Source: Tubiluchus corallicola (lineage: Eukaryota; Animalia; Priapulida). From it: DNA of 44,225 bases. The stretch covers positions 1-44,225 of the forward strand of contig JAQGDQ010001366.1 of the NCBI GenBank assembly GCA_030141605.1, written 5' to 3'. The notes under the pieces were generated by a model. It was given only the letters and a program-made list of their open reading frames with translations. It was not told the DNA's origin and searched no databases. Positions 13,832 through 25,588 of the stretch are shown here, piece by piece (within the stretch, counting starts at the first letter, position 1; each line of letters opens with the position of its first letter). Made by a program: the position numbers and the translations under genes.

Positions 13832-14394
13832 AGCAAAACCGGAGCCAATCTTAAGCTGTAGGTCAAAACAATCTACTCTTTAAAATACTGAAAGGAAACA
13901 TACTATTTTTTCATAAATGATTTACGTGAAACAATTATCACCACACAAACACAATTTCACGTTCGCGCCACTAGTTCTTCGCTGTTACACGCATTTCGCC
14001 ATTCGTTAGTTAGACGGGCACAAGCGCCTGCATTTCGGTAACGCTTTGCACAAAAAACAGGTGTAGTACCTCTCTATCCAGACGTGTTAGTTTGTGACGA
14101 ACTGCACACGTTCAACACTCATGTGCAAAAGTTTGATACAACACATTGAATCTCTTACAGTAGCACTGTACGTCAATTTTCGCTTTCACAAACACGTGCA
14201 ACATGCTCGTGGAATATTTTTGATGTTGAAAATTATGTTCGTTTGTGATGTCATCAATAGTTGGGATCGCCCGCCGTTAATTAAGATTTTAATCTATTAT
14301 TTAATTATCAGAAACGCTATTAATTATGTTAAAATGTATACTTTTTGTCGGATTTTTGAAAATGGTAGTACAAGAAAAATCATCCTGTCTTCCT
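13832..14394. mobile_element. TTAA-flanked MITE, family A (Kolobok-like), within the intron of the secreted-protein gene
   Basis: TTAA on both sides and imperfect TIRs AGCAAAACCGGA / TCCTGTCTTCCT. Homologous copies at 23612-24225, about 30575-30960, about 31140-31632 and about 42455-42800. Confidence 0.8.
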
Positions 14395-15019
14395 TTAAAA
14401 ATAAATAAAGCTTAGGTAAACATTGTCCTTGTACAAAGATAAAAATCTTGAAATTTTGTATTACCTACATGCTGTCTTACTGAATACAGCTTGTATTAGC
14501 AACAATGCTGTAAAAAAACTTGAAAATTTAAATTACTACGAAGACAGTTAGATGCAGCTATTTTAATTGTCAGTCTTTGAATAAGAAATTCATGCAATTT
14601 TAGAAAACACTGCAAAAAGTTCGATAACAATAACAATAATACTGCCACTACCACTAACAGTAACATTAACAGTAACAGTAACAGTAACAATAATAATAAT
14701 AATGAGTAAGCCGAGTAAGATTACCATTGTGGCTATAATTAAACATTAGTTACGACACCACTGCTTTTTCAGTGGTTCATCTAGAGACGCTTACCATGAA
14801 TTAGGCACCGGTCTTGCCACAGCTATCCACACAGAGTAGGTTGACGTTGAATGCTAGGTTATATGCCAATTCGTATGAAAAGCACGTCAGAAGCTTTTTG
14901 AATGTCTACTTTTCAAGACGTGTGTAATTAAATTGGTTCATCAAATACTCACACTTTTCTTGCACAAAGAAAAAAATACTATGGTATATGTGACTCACAA
15001 AAATAAAACAAGCCGTTAC

Positions 15020-15587
15020 CTGTTTGGTAGGAATTCCGGGCCTCATAGCCGAGGAACGTGGGTTCTCCGTAGCCACGCCCGCGAGAGCGAGAAACCAAGT
15101 CGAATAAATCCATCCTATACGAACGAGGTTCATATATTGGTGGACTATAGTCCGGATAGGACAGGTAACGATACACGAGAGGCGCAGAACGTTGAGCGTG
15201 GAAGTATGGTCCCGGTCCTGATTCGTATCCTTGCGGCCCGTATCCTCGTCGAGTCTGCAGCGGCGCCTCCTGCCGACCGTACGTTTGAGCTGGTCCTGAT
15301 TCGTATCCTTGCGGCCCGTATCCTCGTCGAGTCTGCAGCGGCGCCTCCTGCCGACCGTACGTTTGGGCTGGTCCTGATTCGTATCCTTGCGGTCCGTATC
15401 CTCGTCGAGTCTGCAGCGGCGCCTCCTGCCGACCGTACGTTTGGGCTGGGCCTGATTCGTATCCTTGCGGCCCGTATCCTCGTCGAGTCTGCAGCGGTGC
15501 CTCCTGCCGACCGTACGTTTGACAGTTAGCCGTCACAATTAAAGCCGGAATCGTCAAAAGCAAGAACCGTACCATTTCTACAGACAT
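15020..15587 (-). CDS. Main coding exon of a secreted Gly/Tyr/Gln-rich repeat protein, putative neuropeptide/peptide precursor (about 210 aa after splicing)
   Basis: Acceptor ttttctttttag just upstream (exon starts 15607). ATG at 15587 or 15575. Signal peptide MVRFLLLTIPALIVTANC|Q, then 4 copies of QTYGRQEAPLQTRRGYGPQGYESGP(A). The region is GC-rich relative to its flanks, inter-repeat substitutions are synonymous, and the donor CAG|gtaacg is at 15019. Confidence 0.88.
15213..15520. repeat. 78-bp coding tandem repeat, 4 copies
   Basis: CCTGATTCGTATCC recurs at 15217, 15295, 15373 and 15451. Confidence 0.97.
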
Positions 15588-16277
15588 GTGCAAATTGGAT
15601 CAAAGTCCTAAAAAGAAAAAATAATTATTGCAAAAAAAAGAAATTGTTAAATTCACATAACAACTCTGGACAGTCAGCATACAAACGTGAACTAATTCGC
15701 TAAATGGTTTTTAAAATGGAAAGATTTATCGCGCAATGATTAAAACACCTTCACGGTACTGTAATACACTCTCAGGTAAACAATGTCTATCTTTGTATTC
15801 GTGCTCGCTGTTTACATGTACAAGTTTTTCCTGTTGCTACACACTATAGTGGTACGTAGCAGCCAGGCAAAGGAAGCAGAATCATTAACGCCAATTTTGA
15901 AGCAACTTAATCATTATACACTATACAAACGACATAACTCTTAACTGAAAGTGTCTGTAATACAGTGCAAATGTATTAACGCATGAAATCAAACACAAAC
16001 TTATCCAAACTGATACTTAAGCAGGTTAGTAAAATGGGTCGTCGTGGGCTTCTTCGTCGTGCTGTTTGATATTCATAAGGAAGCCAAGTAATATGTTAGA
16101 TTTAAGTTTAAATACTTGTGCTAATGTAATAAATTATTGAAGTGAAACCAGATCCGAATCAGGTAAGACAAAATCAAACTGATGCAGGATTTTCTGTAAC
16201 AGTCTCAAGGTCATTGCTTTGTTTTTTCTTGATTTTAAACTAATGTGAAAATGTTGAGCATTTGTCATTTGTTTGGT

Positions 16278-16283
16278 TATTGT

Positions 16284-16330
<47 letters not shown>

Positions 16331-16699
16331 TTGTTGCTGTTGTTGTTGTTGTTGTTGCTGTTGCTGCTGCTGCTACTGCTGTTTTGTTGCTGTTGCTGTT
16401 GTTGTTGCTGCTGTTGTTGTTGTTGTTGTCGTTGTTGTCATTGCTGTTGTCATTGCTGTTGCTGTTGCTGCTACTGCTGTTTTGTTGCTGTATCTGTGGT
16501 TGTTGCTGTTGTTCTTGTTGTTGCTGTTGTTGTTGTTGTTGCTGCTGTTCTGTTGCTGCTGCTGCTACTGCTGTTTTGTTGCTGTTGTTCTGTTGTTGTT
16601 GCTGTTGCTGCTGCTGTTACTGCTGCTTTGTTGCTGTATCTGTTGTTGTTGCTGTTGCTGTTGCTGCTGCTGTTCTTGCTGTTCCGTTGCTGTTGTTCC

Positions 16700-16731
<32 letters not shown>

Positions 16732-16792
16732 TCGCTTTTGCTGTTGTTGCTGTTGCTGCTGCTGCTGCTGCTGTTGCTGTTGCTATTGCTGC

Positions 16793-16827
<35 letters not shown>

Positions 16828-16858
16828 TTGTTGTTGCTGTTGCTGTTGCTGTTGCTGT

Positions 16859-16893
<35 letters not shown>

Positions 16894-16897
16894 CTGC
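16278..16897. repeat. Mixed (GTT/GCT)n trinucleotide microsatellite
   Basis: Read directly. It is the source of the poly-C/L/A/V ORFs. Confidence 0.97.
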
Positions 16898-17222
16898 TCT
16901 TCTTATATGCCACAAAAAAAACATTAATTTTGTGTATGCTAGCGAAGTTGCCCAGTCAGACAGCGCGCTGAACTGGCGGTGAATTAAAGAGAATTGCTGC
17001 AGTATTATAATCGTAAAAAGATATTGTTATCATCATACCTGTTAAGTTGAACTAAAATTATGCAATGATTTACATATATGTATGTATAAAATATGTTACT
17101 ATGATATACTGTTGATGTAAATAAATAAATTGAAATTGAAAAAAAATGAGTTAAGTGACTAAATTCTCTCCATTACTGGCGTACGGCCTGATTTTTCCCA
17201 CATGTAAATACAGCGAGAGTCA

Positions 17223-17262
17223 CGCATGCGCAGTGTCGAGACTTACGGCACGTCACTTCCGC
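17223..17262. promoter_or_regulatory. Cluster of NRF1-like (CGCATGCGCA), CRE/E-box-like (CACGTCAC) and ETS-like (CACTTCCG) motifs
   Basis: Motifs read directly in a CpG-rich patch. Function is inferred only, and the patch could be part of a transposon. Confidence 0.3.
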
Positions 17263-17831
17263 TTTCTTCCCCGATTTTTTGTTTTTCGCAAGATGTCTGT
17301 GCGGCGCAAAATTTGAAGTGTTTCAATGCTAACCAAAGCGAAACGCGCAAGTTCATAAAAGAAATAAATCCGCTTTTTTTATCAGGGCAGTCAATAGTGA
17401 ATTTTGACAGCAAATGTTTACCAGGATGGCCGTGGACCTTTAAAGTTTTGAATTTTTCTAGAAAACCGATTAATTTATTTTTCGCGTGAAGTTTATTACA
17501 TCTCGTTCAGTTTTAAAAATAATATTAATTTCTCCCGCATTTAAGCTTGACATTAGAAGATGGAGCTAACCGGAAAGAAGCCTTTGTCCTAGCTAGCAAG
17601 GAAATTAAACTCGTGCACAATAAAGTCATTAGCAATTGCTTGAAACCTTACAGAGTACAGTCCCTCATGCTTTGAGCCTTTGACGTCAGTAATACAACAA
17701 TCTATGACAATTAATCTCAATGTAATGAGATAGCTGCACTAGCTCAGATCATATTCCTACACTAGGGAATCACTCGTTTGAGAAGGGCACTCCTTCCCAA
17801 TCAGAGTACTTCTCATGATGCCTGTCTTTAA

Positions 17832-18512
17832 AGGAGAAGAAAAGGGGTACCTGAAATGCGTTTCGGAAAAATCGTCTTAAAAATTATATTACTTTATAGC
17901 AATTTTATGCGTATATCTTACTCGCATTGAAATGAATTTTAGTTTGTTTTCATTTTAAATCTCCCGCAATACTGTTCCGAAGTCGTCATTACATGACGTC
18001 ATGTACCAAACGTAAATCAGGGGAAGAAAAGGCAATGTTAAATTATGTCTCAAAAAACTTTCCGTGCAAATCTATGTTACTTAGATTTTCGCTTACCTGC
18101 TTGAAGGACTTATCTAACTAGAAAAGAAAATTATTAATTATTTAGAATGTTTTCACCAGTTGGTAAAATGTCGCTGACTCACCCTCCAGGGTGCACCACT
18201 CAGTAACCAAAAACGTATTTTAATCTTATTGACAAGATACAATAATTTTAAATTTTATTTAGTTAGTGACTTGTGCGCTACGAATGCTCTGATTATTTTT
18301 TCAAACTTTACAAAATGTTATCTAAACTTGTTTCAAATGACCTGTCGTGAAAATGGCTGCATCTAACGGTCATCGCGGGAGTTTAAATTTACATGTTTTA
18401 TACAGCGTGACTGCCGATTGAAGTCCTGCATGCAAAAAGGCTGTATGTAAGTGATATAAAATTTCAAAACGAATTTTTCAAGCTTTATGTTTATGAAAGG
18501 TTTTCTTGTGCT
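17832..18512. mobile_element. TTAA-flanked MITE, family B (Kolobok-like)
   Basis: TTAA TSDs and TIRs AGGAGAAGAAAA / TTTTCTTGTGCT. A near-identical inverted copy is at 29371-30066 and a deleted copy at 24480-24751. Confidence 0.88.
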
Positions 18513-18709
18513 TTAACGTCACGATCTTACTTTCTTTTTAATTGCATTTTTTCTCTTAATAGTAATTTAAAATAGTCCCTGGTTTGTTAGTCTCATTTTA
18601 CATTTACATTTACATTTATACGTTTACCTATAAAAACTTGTGTTACGTTGTATGTGCGAACATTTGTCTAGGTGAGAGGCATATGTTCCACTGAGAGGTA
18701 TTGTTTTCT

Positions 18710-19230
18710 CTTTATAATGTTATTCTTGTTTTTTGATCACATTGTTGCTTGATGTGCATATTATTGTTTAACGTTATTCTTGTTTTTTGATCACATTATT
18801 GCTTGACGTGCATATTATTGTTTAATGTTATTCTTGTTTTTTGATCACATTATTGCTTGACGGGCATATTATTGTTTAACGTTATTCTTGTTTTTTGATC
18901 ACATTATTGCTTGACGTGCATATTATTGTTTAATGTTATTCTTGTTTTTGATCACATTATTGCTTGATGTGCATGTTATTGTTTAATGTTATTGTTGTTT
19001 TTTGATCACATTATTGCTTGATGTGCATGTTATTGTTGTTTTTTGATCACATTATTGCTTGATGTGCATATTATTGTTTAACGTTATTCTTGTTTTTTGA
19101 TCACATTATTGCTTGACGTGCATATTATTGTTTAATGTTATTTTTGTTTTTTGATCACATTATTGCTTGATGTGCATGTTATTGTTGTTTTTTGATCACA
19201 TTATTGCTTGATGTGCATATTATTGTTTAA
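18710..19230. repeat. AT-rich minisatellite, 54-bp unit, about 10 copies
   Basis: GTTATTCTTGTTTTTTGATCACATTATTGCTTGACGTGCATATTATTGTTTAA repeats at 18719, 18773 and onward. Two units are shortened. Confidence 0.95.
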
Positions 19231-19515
19231 ATGATGAATTGCTTTGCTTGATAAACTTTTTCTAGTCTCGCGGTCGCGGTCACGGTCATGCGGCTTGATT
19301 TGACTTTGCTGAGAATAAATTAACCTATTTTGAAGACCTGTGATATTTCTTATATTTATTTTTTCATATCTTTACTTATTATTGTTGTGGTTGAAATATT
19401 AGGTCACGTGATTGTCATTTGTTTGTTATTGTTTTACTTTATATTTTTATAGTGTCAAAATTCCATTCGCGTTCGTGTTTGCAAAGTTGACAGCCTGATA
19501 TATTATCTGACTGAC

Positions 19516-20546
19516 CTCGTACACCAGACTGTATATTTTAGTTTCAAATTGACGCACAACTGAAGGCAACACTCTAGTTCGTCAGGATGTGATTTTGACC
19601 ACCAGAGATAAGCAAGGATAAACCTGTCAGCGCAAGGATGGATGACGGCCTGAAAGCAACACTCGAGTTCGTCAGGATGTAATTTTGACCACCAGAGATA
19701 AGCAAGGATAAACCTGTCAGCGAAAGGATGGATGACGGCCGGAAGGCAACACTCGAGTTCGTCAGGATGTAATTTTGACCACCAGAGATAAGCAAGGATA
19801 AACCTGTCAGCGAAAGGATGGATGACGGCCGGAAGGCAACACTCGAGTTCGTCAGGATGTGATTTTGACCACCAGAGATAAGCAAGGATAAACCTGTCAG
19901 CGCAAGGATGGATGACGGCCTGAAGGCAACACTCGAGTTCGTCAGGATGTGATTTTGACCACCAGAGATAAGCAAGGATAAACCTGTCAGCGAAAGGATG
20001 GATGACGGCCTGAAGGCAACACTCTAGTTCGTCAGGATGTGATTTTGACCACCAGAGATAAGCAAGGATAAACCTGTCAGCGCAAGGATGGATGACGGCC
20101 TGAAGGCAACACTCGAGTTCGTCAGGATGTGATTTTGACCACCAGAGATAAGCAAGGATAAACCTGTCAGCGAAAGGATGGATGACGGCCTGAAGGCAAC
20201 ACTCTAGTTCGTCAGGATGTGATTTTGACCACCAGAGATAAGCAAGGATAAACCTGTCAGCGCAAGGATGGATGACGGCCTGAAGGCAACACTCGAGTTC
20301 GTCAGGATGAGAATTTGACCACCAGAAATAAGCAAGGATAAACCTGTCAGCGAAAGGATGGATGACGGCCTGAAGGCAACACTCGAGTTCGTCAGGATGT
20401 GATTTTGACCACCAGAAATAAGCAAGGATAAACCTGTCAGCGAAAGGATGGATGACGGCCGGAAGGCAACACTCGAGTTCGTCATGATGTGATTTTGACC
20501 ACCAGAGATAAGCAAGGATAAACCAGTCAGCGAATGGATGGATTTC
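19516..20546 (-). other. Candidate exon containing the 90-bp array (coding status unknown)
   Basis: Acceptor ctgttatttacag immediately 5' of the array and donor GAG|gtcagt 45 bp 3' of it. One frame is open throughout (EIHPFAD...WCTR). Confidence 0.35.
19561..20542. repeat. Minisatellite, 90-bp unit, about 11 highly similar copies
   Basis: TGAAGGCAACACTCGAGTTCGTCAGGATGTG... at 19561, 19651, 19741 ... 20461. Confidence 0.97.
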
Positions 20547-20949
20547 CTGTAAATAACAGTGTAATATGTAAACAGAAATAAAGTCTTTCACAGTTCAATA
20601 CAATTCAGAAGTTTCATCAGAGAGAACTAACTTCAGTGTAATATACCTATGCTGTCAGCTAAAGGTTTCTACAAGACAAAATCCATCTAGTATGTATTTA
20701 AGAGATACGTTGTTATGTTTTACTTCTGTGAAAATCATTCACACATTACCTTCAACTGTTGAATCTCTCAGTTAATAAGAAATTACACCCCCAGGGCAAA
20801 AATAAATCTGATGAGTTAAAGAGTCATTACGAGTTTGCTTTAATTAGCCAATTTAAAGGTCTTTCAGTCGAGTAATTTCATTTAATAAGTACTTGTACAC
20901 ACGATGTCTTATGTGGCTTCTTTCCGTCCGTGAAGCACCTTGGCAGTTG

Positions 20950-20961
20950 TGCGCATGCGCA
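20950..20961. promoter_or_regulatory. Perfect NRF1-type palindrome TGCGCATGCGCA in a CpG-rich patch, possible promoter
   Basis: Motif read directly. A plus-strand donor AGAG|gtatgt follows at 21155 and minus-strand exon candidates lie at 20668 and 20546. Confidence 0.4.
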
Positions 20962-21785
20962 GCGTCCTACGCTATACTAATAGAGAAGAGAAATTCCAGG
21001 TGAAAACATGATGTCGCCAAGTGTGTCATGCGTGTCCGAGCTTGCCAGAGCTGCTCTTTCCGTCACAGATTTTTATCTGATTGTAAATGTCAATGCAAAA
21101 TTCATTTTAAATCAACATTTTCTGTAGCAACAGAAGTGAGTTGGATATTCAGAGGTATGTAAAACTAATGCATGTGTAAACTTTGATAAACTTTTAGGCT
21201 CTTTGCTTCACTGTCCGTTTTTTTTGTAATTTATGAGCGTTCAAACTATTATCGTGTCAATTATCGGTTTTGAAACCTCAGTGCACTGTAAAGCAGATTT
21301 TAGGAGAAACGGTTTGACCACATGGTTTGACCATCGTTCAATTACCTTCATCTATCTAAAAGATACAAGAGTGAATCTCGAACGCGGCTTAGAAAATAAT
21401 GACATTCGAAACATTTACAGAAAGAGAGACACTAATGTAATTAAAATGTATATAGATATTGTAAAAGAACTAACCCAAAATGATCTTATAGTAAATTGAT
21501 TATACATTGATTATAAATATTGGATATATATTTAGAATAAGTAAATCGTAATGCAAAATTGTCAGCTTGTTTAGTAAGAAATTTATTTAATGTACATAGT
21601 GTATAGACTTATTTAACATTTTTGTACTTTTGTGCCCTACAAATAGAGGGCTTCTTGTATAATTTTCAATAAAGATTTTTAATAATAATTAATAATGCCT
21701 TTATCTGTTTGAATCACTCAGTTAATGAAAAATTACACCCCTAGAGCAAAACCGATGCTGCCCATGCTCCTATTCGACCAGACGG

Positions 21786-21925
21786 TCTAGTCTAGTGGTA
21801 ATGCGTCTGCTTTCGGCCTTGAAGGTCGTGAGTTCGATACAGCGGCCGGGTCATACCAAAGACTTCAAAAATGGTACCTGCTGTTGCCCTGCCTGGCACG
21901 TGGTATTTAGGGTAAAAGTAGAGTG
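21786..21925 (+). mobile_element. tRNA-derived SINE (Meta-domain-like core)
   Basis: A-box-like TCTAGTGGT and B-box GTTCGATAC, followed by GGTCATACCAAAGACTTCAAAAATGGTACCTGCTG...GCCTGGCAC, which resembles the MetaSINE core as I recall it. Confidence 0.75.
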
Positions 21926-22017
21926 CTGACAGTCTCTGTTATGTAATTGTAGATTGTTATTTACAGTCGGCGATAATAGCTCTTTGAGCTAATGTTAATT
22001 GTTCGGCCAAGTAAAGA

Positions 22018-22449
<432 letters not shown>

Positions 22450-22952
22450 AGCAACAGAGTGCATCTAAGTGCCACGATATTTCTTGATGCATCTGAAGCA
22501 TTGAACTTGTTTCTCAGAACGCAGAACTTTCACCAAACAGTAAAACGAAGTTTATTAATAAAAAACAAAACGACGCATCGCATGCCGTCTATGTAGATAC
22601 GATCCGACGTCACGGCATTTTCTATCACGTGATTTAGCAGCAGCAGCTGCAGAGTAACAGGATTAATTAATGGAGATTGCCAAGCTGATAGAAAAGCTAA
22701 TTATTGCTCGTTCAGCGTTGAATAAAGGCAACTTGCAGGTTTTGTGAAAACGCCAAAATTCTTTTAACGACTTTGTTTAGGAATGAACGAGTTTTGTTGC
22801 GTGTTTTGAATAGACTGACTTTGTCAAATAGAAAGCAAATTGCTGATGAAACTTTCAGTTTTAATCATGGCTCCACAAAAACGATTCTGCTCGTTAAACA
22901 ACGTCGTAGTTACAGTAGCGGGTTAATTACAAGATAAATTAACGGCTGCATG

Positions 22953-23369
22953 CGGGACCAAATTATCCTATAGGCTAGTATAGGCTGCAGTCTAGGTCCC
23001 CTCGAACTGTGGGCCCTCGACATTTAGTAAAATTTGGAAAAAAATCTATTTTTTCAATACAGTTGTGTTGAAATAAGGGCTAATGATTTGCAATAAATAG
23101 TAAAATAGTGATATTTCTTAGAGAATATTTTTATTGACAAACAAAGGGTAGCTGTACTAGTTTTGTTTAAAGAAGTTGCAGTAAGTTACTTCAAGCTGTG
23201 TAAATGTCACTAAAATTATCAGGAGTAAAAAATATTGAAGACGGGTGTGGGTAAGCTAAAAGTTGGCTCCGTTTGAGGGGGAGGGGGTGAGTTGGAGAAG
23301 TGGCTTCCTCTGAGAGGCCCTTAATTTCGTTAGCTGATAGGGACCCCAAAAGGGCATAACTCGGTCCTG
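22953..23369. mobile_element. hAT-like MITE, family C
   Basis: Imperfect TIRs CGGGACCAAATTAT / ATAACTCGGTCCTG and a 7/8 TSD GCTGCATG/GCTGCATA. An inverted homologue lies at 28644-30124. Confidence 0.7.
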
Positions 23370-23611
23370 GCTGCATAGTAGATATAGTGTTAATATTTCG
23401 GTTCGTTTTTCTTTTCATTATTTTGCCTTGATTGTACTGCATGACTGTATCTTTGTGCATCTAATCAAACGTTGCTACTTCTTCCTGGTTAGTGTTTCTT
23501 TTGAAAGCGTTGATGTTGGATAGGTCCCAACCCCACCACAGCCACTCAGTATTACCAATAATTCATATGACTGATTTTTAATATACACATATATTTTAAG
23601 TTTAAGTTTAA

Positions 23612-24225
23612 AGGAAGACAGGATAATTTTTCATATACTACCCAATTTTCAAGTTTGATAAAAAAGTTTACATTTTAACACAATTAATACTGGAAAAGCG
23701 TTTCTGATAATTAAATAATAGATTAAAAACTTAATTAACGGCGGAAGAGCCCAACTATATTGATGACATCACAAACTAACATAATTTTCAATAGCAAAAA
23801 TATTCCATTAGCATGTTGCACGTGTTTGTGAAAGCGAAAATTGAAGTAGAGTGCCACTGTAAGATATTCAGTGTGTTGTACTAAAACTAGGCAAGTTTCA
23901 AGATAAAAATTCATATTTCAAATTTACTGCTGTGCTCATGCGTGAGCTGTCGAACGTTCGCGCATGAGTAGTTCGTCAGAAACTAGCACATCTGATCTGA
24001 AAGGTACAACACCTGTTTTTGTGCAATGCGTTTTCGAAATGTAGGCGCTAGTGTCCGTCCGTCTAACTAGCAAATGCCTGTAACAGTTAAGAACTAGTGG
24101 CGCAAACGTGAAATTGTGCTTGTGTGGTAATAATTCTTTCACGTAAGTCATTTTTAAAAAACGAGTATGTTTCCTTTCAATATTTTAAAGAGTACGTACG
24201 GTTTAAGATCGGGTCCGCTTCTGCT
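23612..24225. mobile_element. Family A MITE (inverted relative to 13832-14394)
   Basis: TTAA-AGGAAGACAGGA ... TCCGCTTCTGCT-CTAA, collinear with the 13.8-kb copy. Confidence 0.8.
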
Positions 24226-24479
24226 CTAAGTCAATTTACGAACTACATAGTTTAGTTACCATGGAAATGTTCTTGGAATTCCATTGACATTGCTAACAGA
24301 ACAAACTCTTGCAAGTGGAAAATGTTCATGTAACGGAAGAACGAAATAGTTCATGCGTTATGTGCAGAAATCGTGCTCAGTCGAAGAGCTTACAGAAAAA
24401 GAGAAAAATTTAGAGAACTTCAGACCATAAAAGTGAGTTTATTTATTACATTGTTACTTATGATAATAATATCTTTTAA

Positions 24480-24751
24480 AGCACAAGGAAACCCTCATAA
24501 ACATAAAGCTTTAAAAAATTCGTTTTGAAATTTTATATCACTTACATACTGCCTTTTTGCATGCAGGACTTCAATCGGCAGTCACGCTGTATAAAACATG
24601 TAAATTTAAACTCCCGCGATGACCGTTAGGCGCAGCCATTGAAACAAGTTTAGATAACATTACGATATACGCTTAAAATTGCTATAAATTTAATACAATT
24701 TTTTAAGGCGATATTTCTGAAACCTACTTCAGGTACCTCTTTTCTTGTCCT
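24480..24751. mobile_element. Family B MITE, internally deleted
   Basis: TTAA-AGCACAAGGAAA ... TTTTCTTGTCCT-TTAA. Matches both ends of 17832-18512. Confidence 0.85.
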
Positions 24752-24985
24752 TTAAGTCAAACCTAAGGTGTCTCATAACTCTGTCGATAGAGTGGCTTTT
24801 ATTTTACTGTAACGTACTGTGCGTACTTTTGCGTTTTAAATTATTGTAAGATGAAAAGTGACACTATAATAAACTAACTATACTATATTATAATATACTA
24901 TGTTATACTATACTATAGCTTAAGTAACTTAATTCTTATTTCCAAGGTGGTCCCGATAATTATTACCTGCACGATATTACACGCG

Positions 24986-25059
24986 TCTTTGGTATGACTC
25001 GGTCGGGAGTTGAACCCGTGATCTCCAGGGTGGAAAGCGAGCACCCTACTATTGAGCAA
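24986..25059 (-). mobile_element. Truncated copy of the tRNA-derived SINE
   Basis: The reverse strand reads TTGCTCAATAGTAG...GGGTTCAACTCCCGACCGAGTCATACCAAAGAC. Confidence 0.7.
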
Positions 25060-25166
25060 TATCCTCAGTCTCTTCTTGGACGTTAACATAATTTTTTGCA
25101 TTTTGGCTTTTGGTAGGTAGCTGAAGTATTCATGACGCCGTGGGATTACTTGAAAGCATAATCTAC

Positions 25167-25588
25167 TGTGAACACGCCAAGACAATGAATGAACACTGTG
25201 AACACGCCAAGACAATGAATGAACACTGTGAACACGGTAAGACAATGAATGAACACTGTGAACACGGTAAGACAATGGATGAACAAAGTGAACACTCATA
25301 GACAATGGATGAACACCGTGGACACACATAGACAATGGATAAACAAAGTGAACACGCCAAGACAATGGATGAACAAAGTGAACACGCCAATACAATGGAT
25401 GTACAAAGTGAATACACATAGACAATGGATGAACAAAGAGAACACACATAGACAATGGATGAACAAAGTGAACACGCCAAGACAATGGATGAACAAAGTG
25501 AACACGCCAATACAATGGATGAACAAAGTGAACATGCCAAGACAATGGATGAACAAAGTGAACACGCCAATACAATGGATGAACAAAA
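25167..25588 (+). repeat. 30-bp tandem repeat, about 14 copies, overlapping the start of the downstream ORF
   Basis: Unit GTGAACACGCCAAGACAATGGATGAACAAA. The last copies encode MDEQSEHA(K/N)T. Confidence 0.95.

Noticed and set aside
14933-15529. 198-aa plus-strand ORF
   Set aside because: It is the antisense shadow of the minus-strand gene, which has the signal peptide, splice sites and synonymous-only variation.
19561-20640. Hammerhead ribozymes (CTGACGA in the 90-bp unit, and CTGAAGT...GAAAC at about 20610-20640 on the minus strand)
   Set aside because: The repeat unit lacks GAAA after a stem II on the same strand. The second site has a non-consensus core and poor stem pairing.
21786-21855. 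Functional tRNA gene
   Set aside because: There is no intact cloverleaf or acceptor stem, and it runs straight into a SINE body that is present twice.
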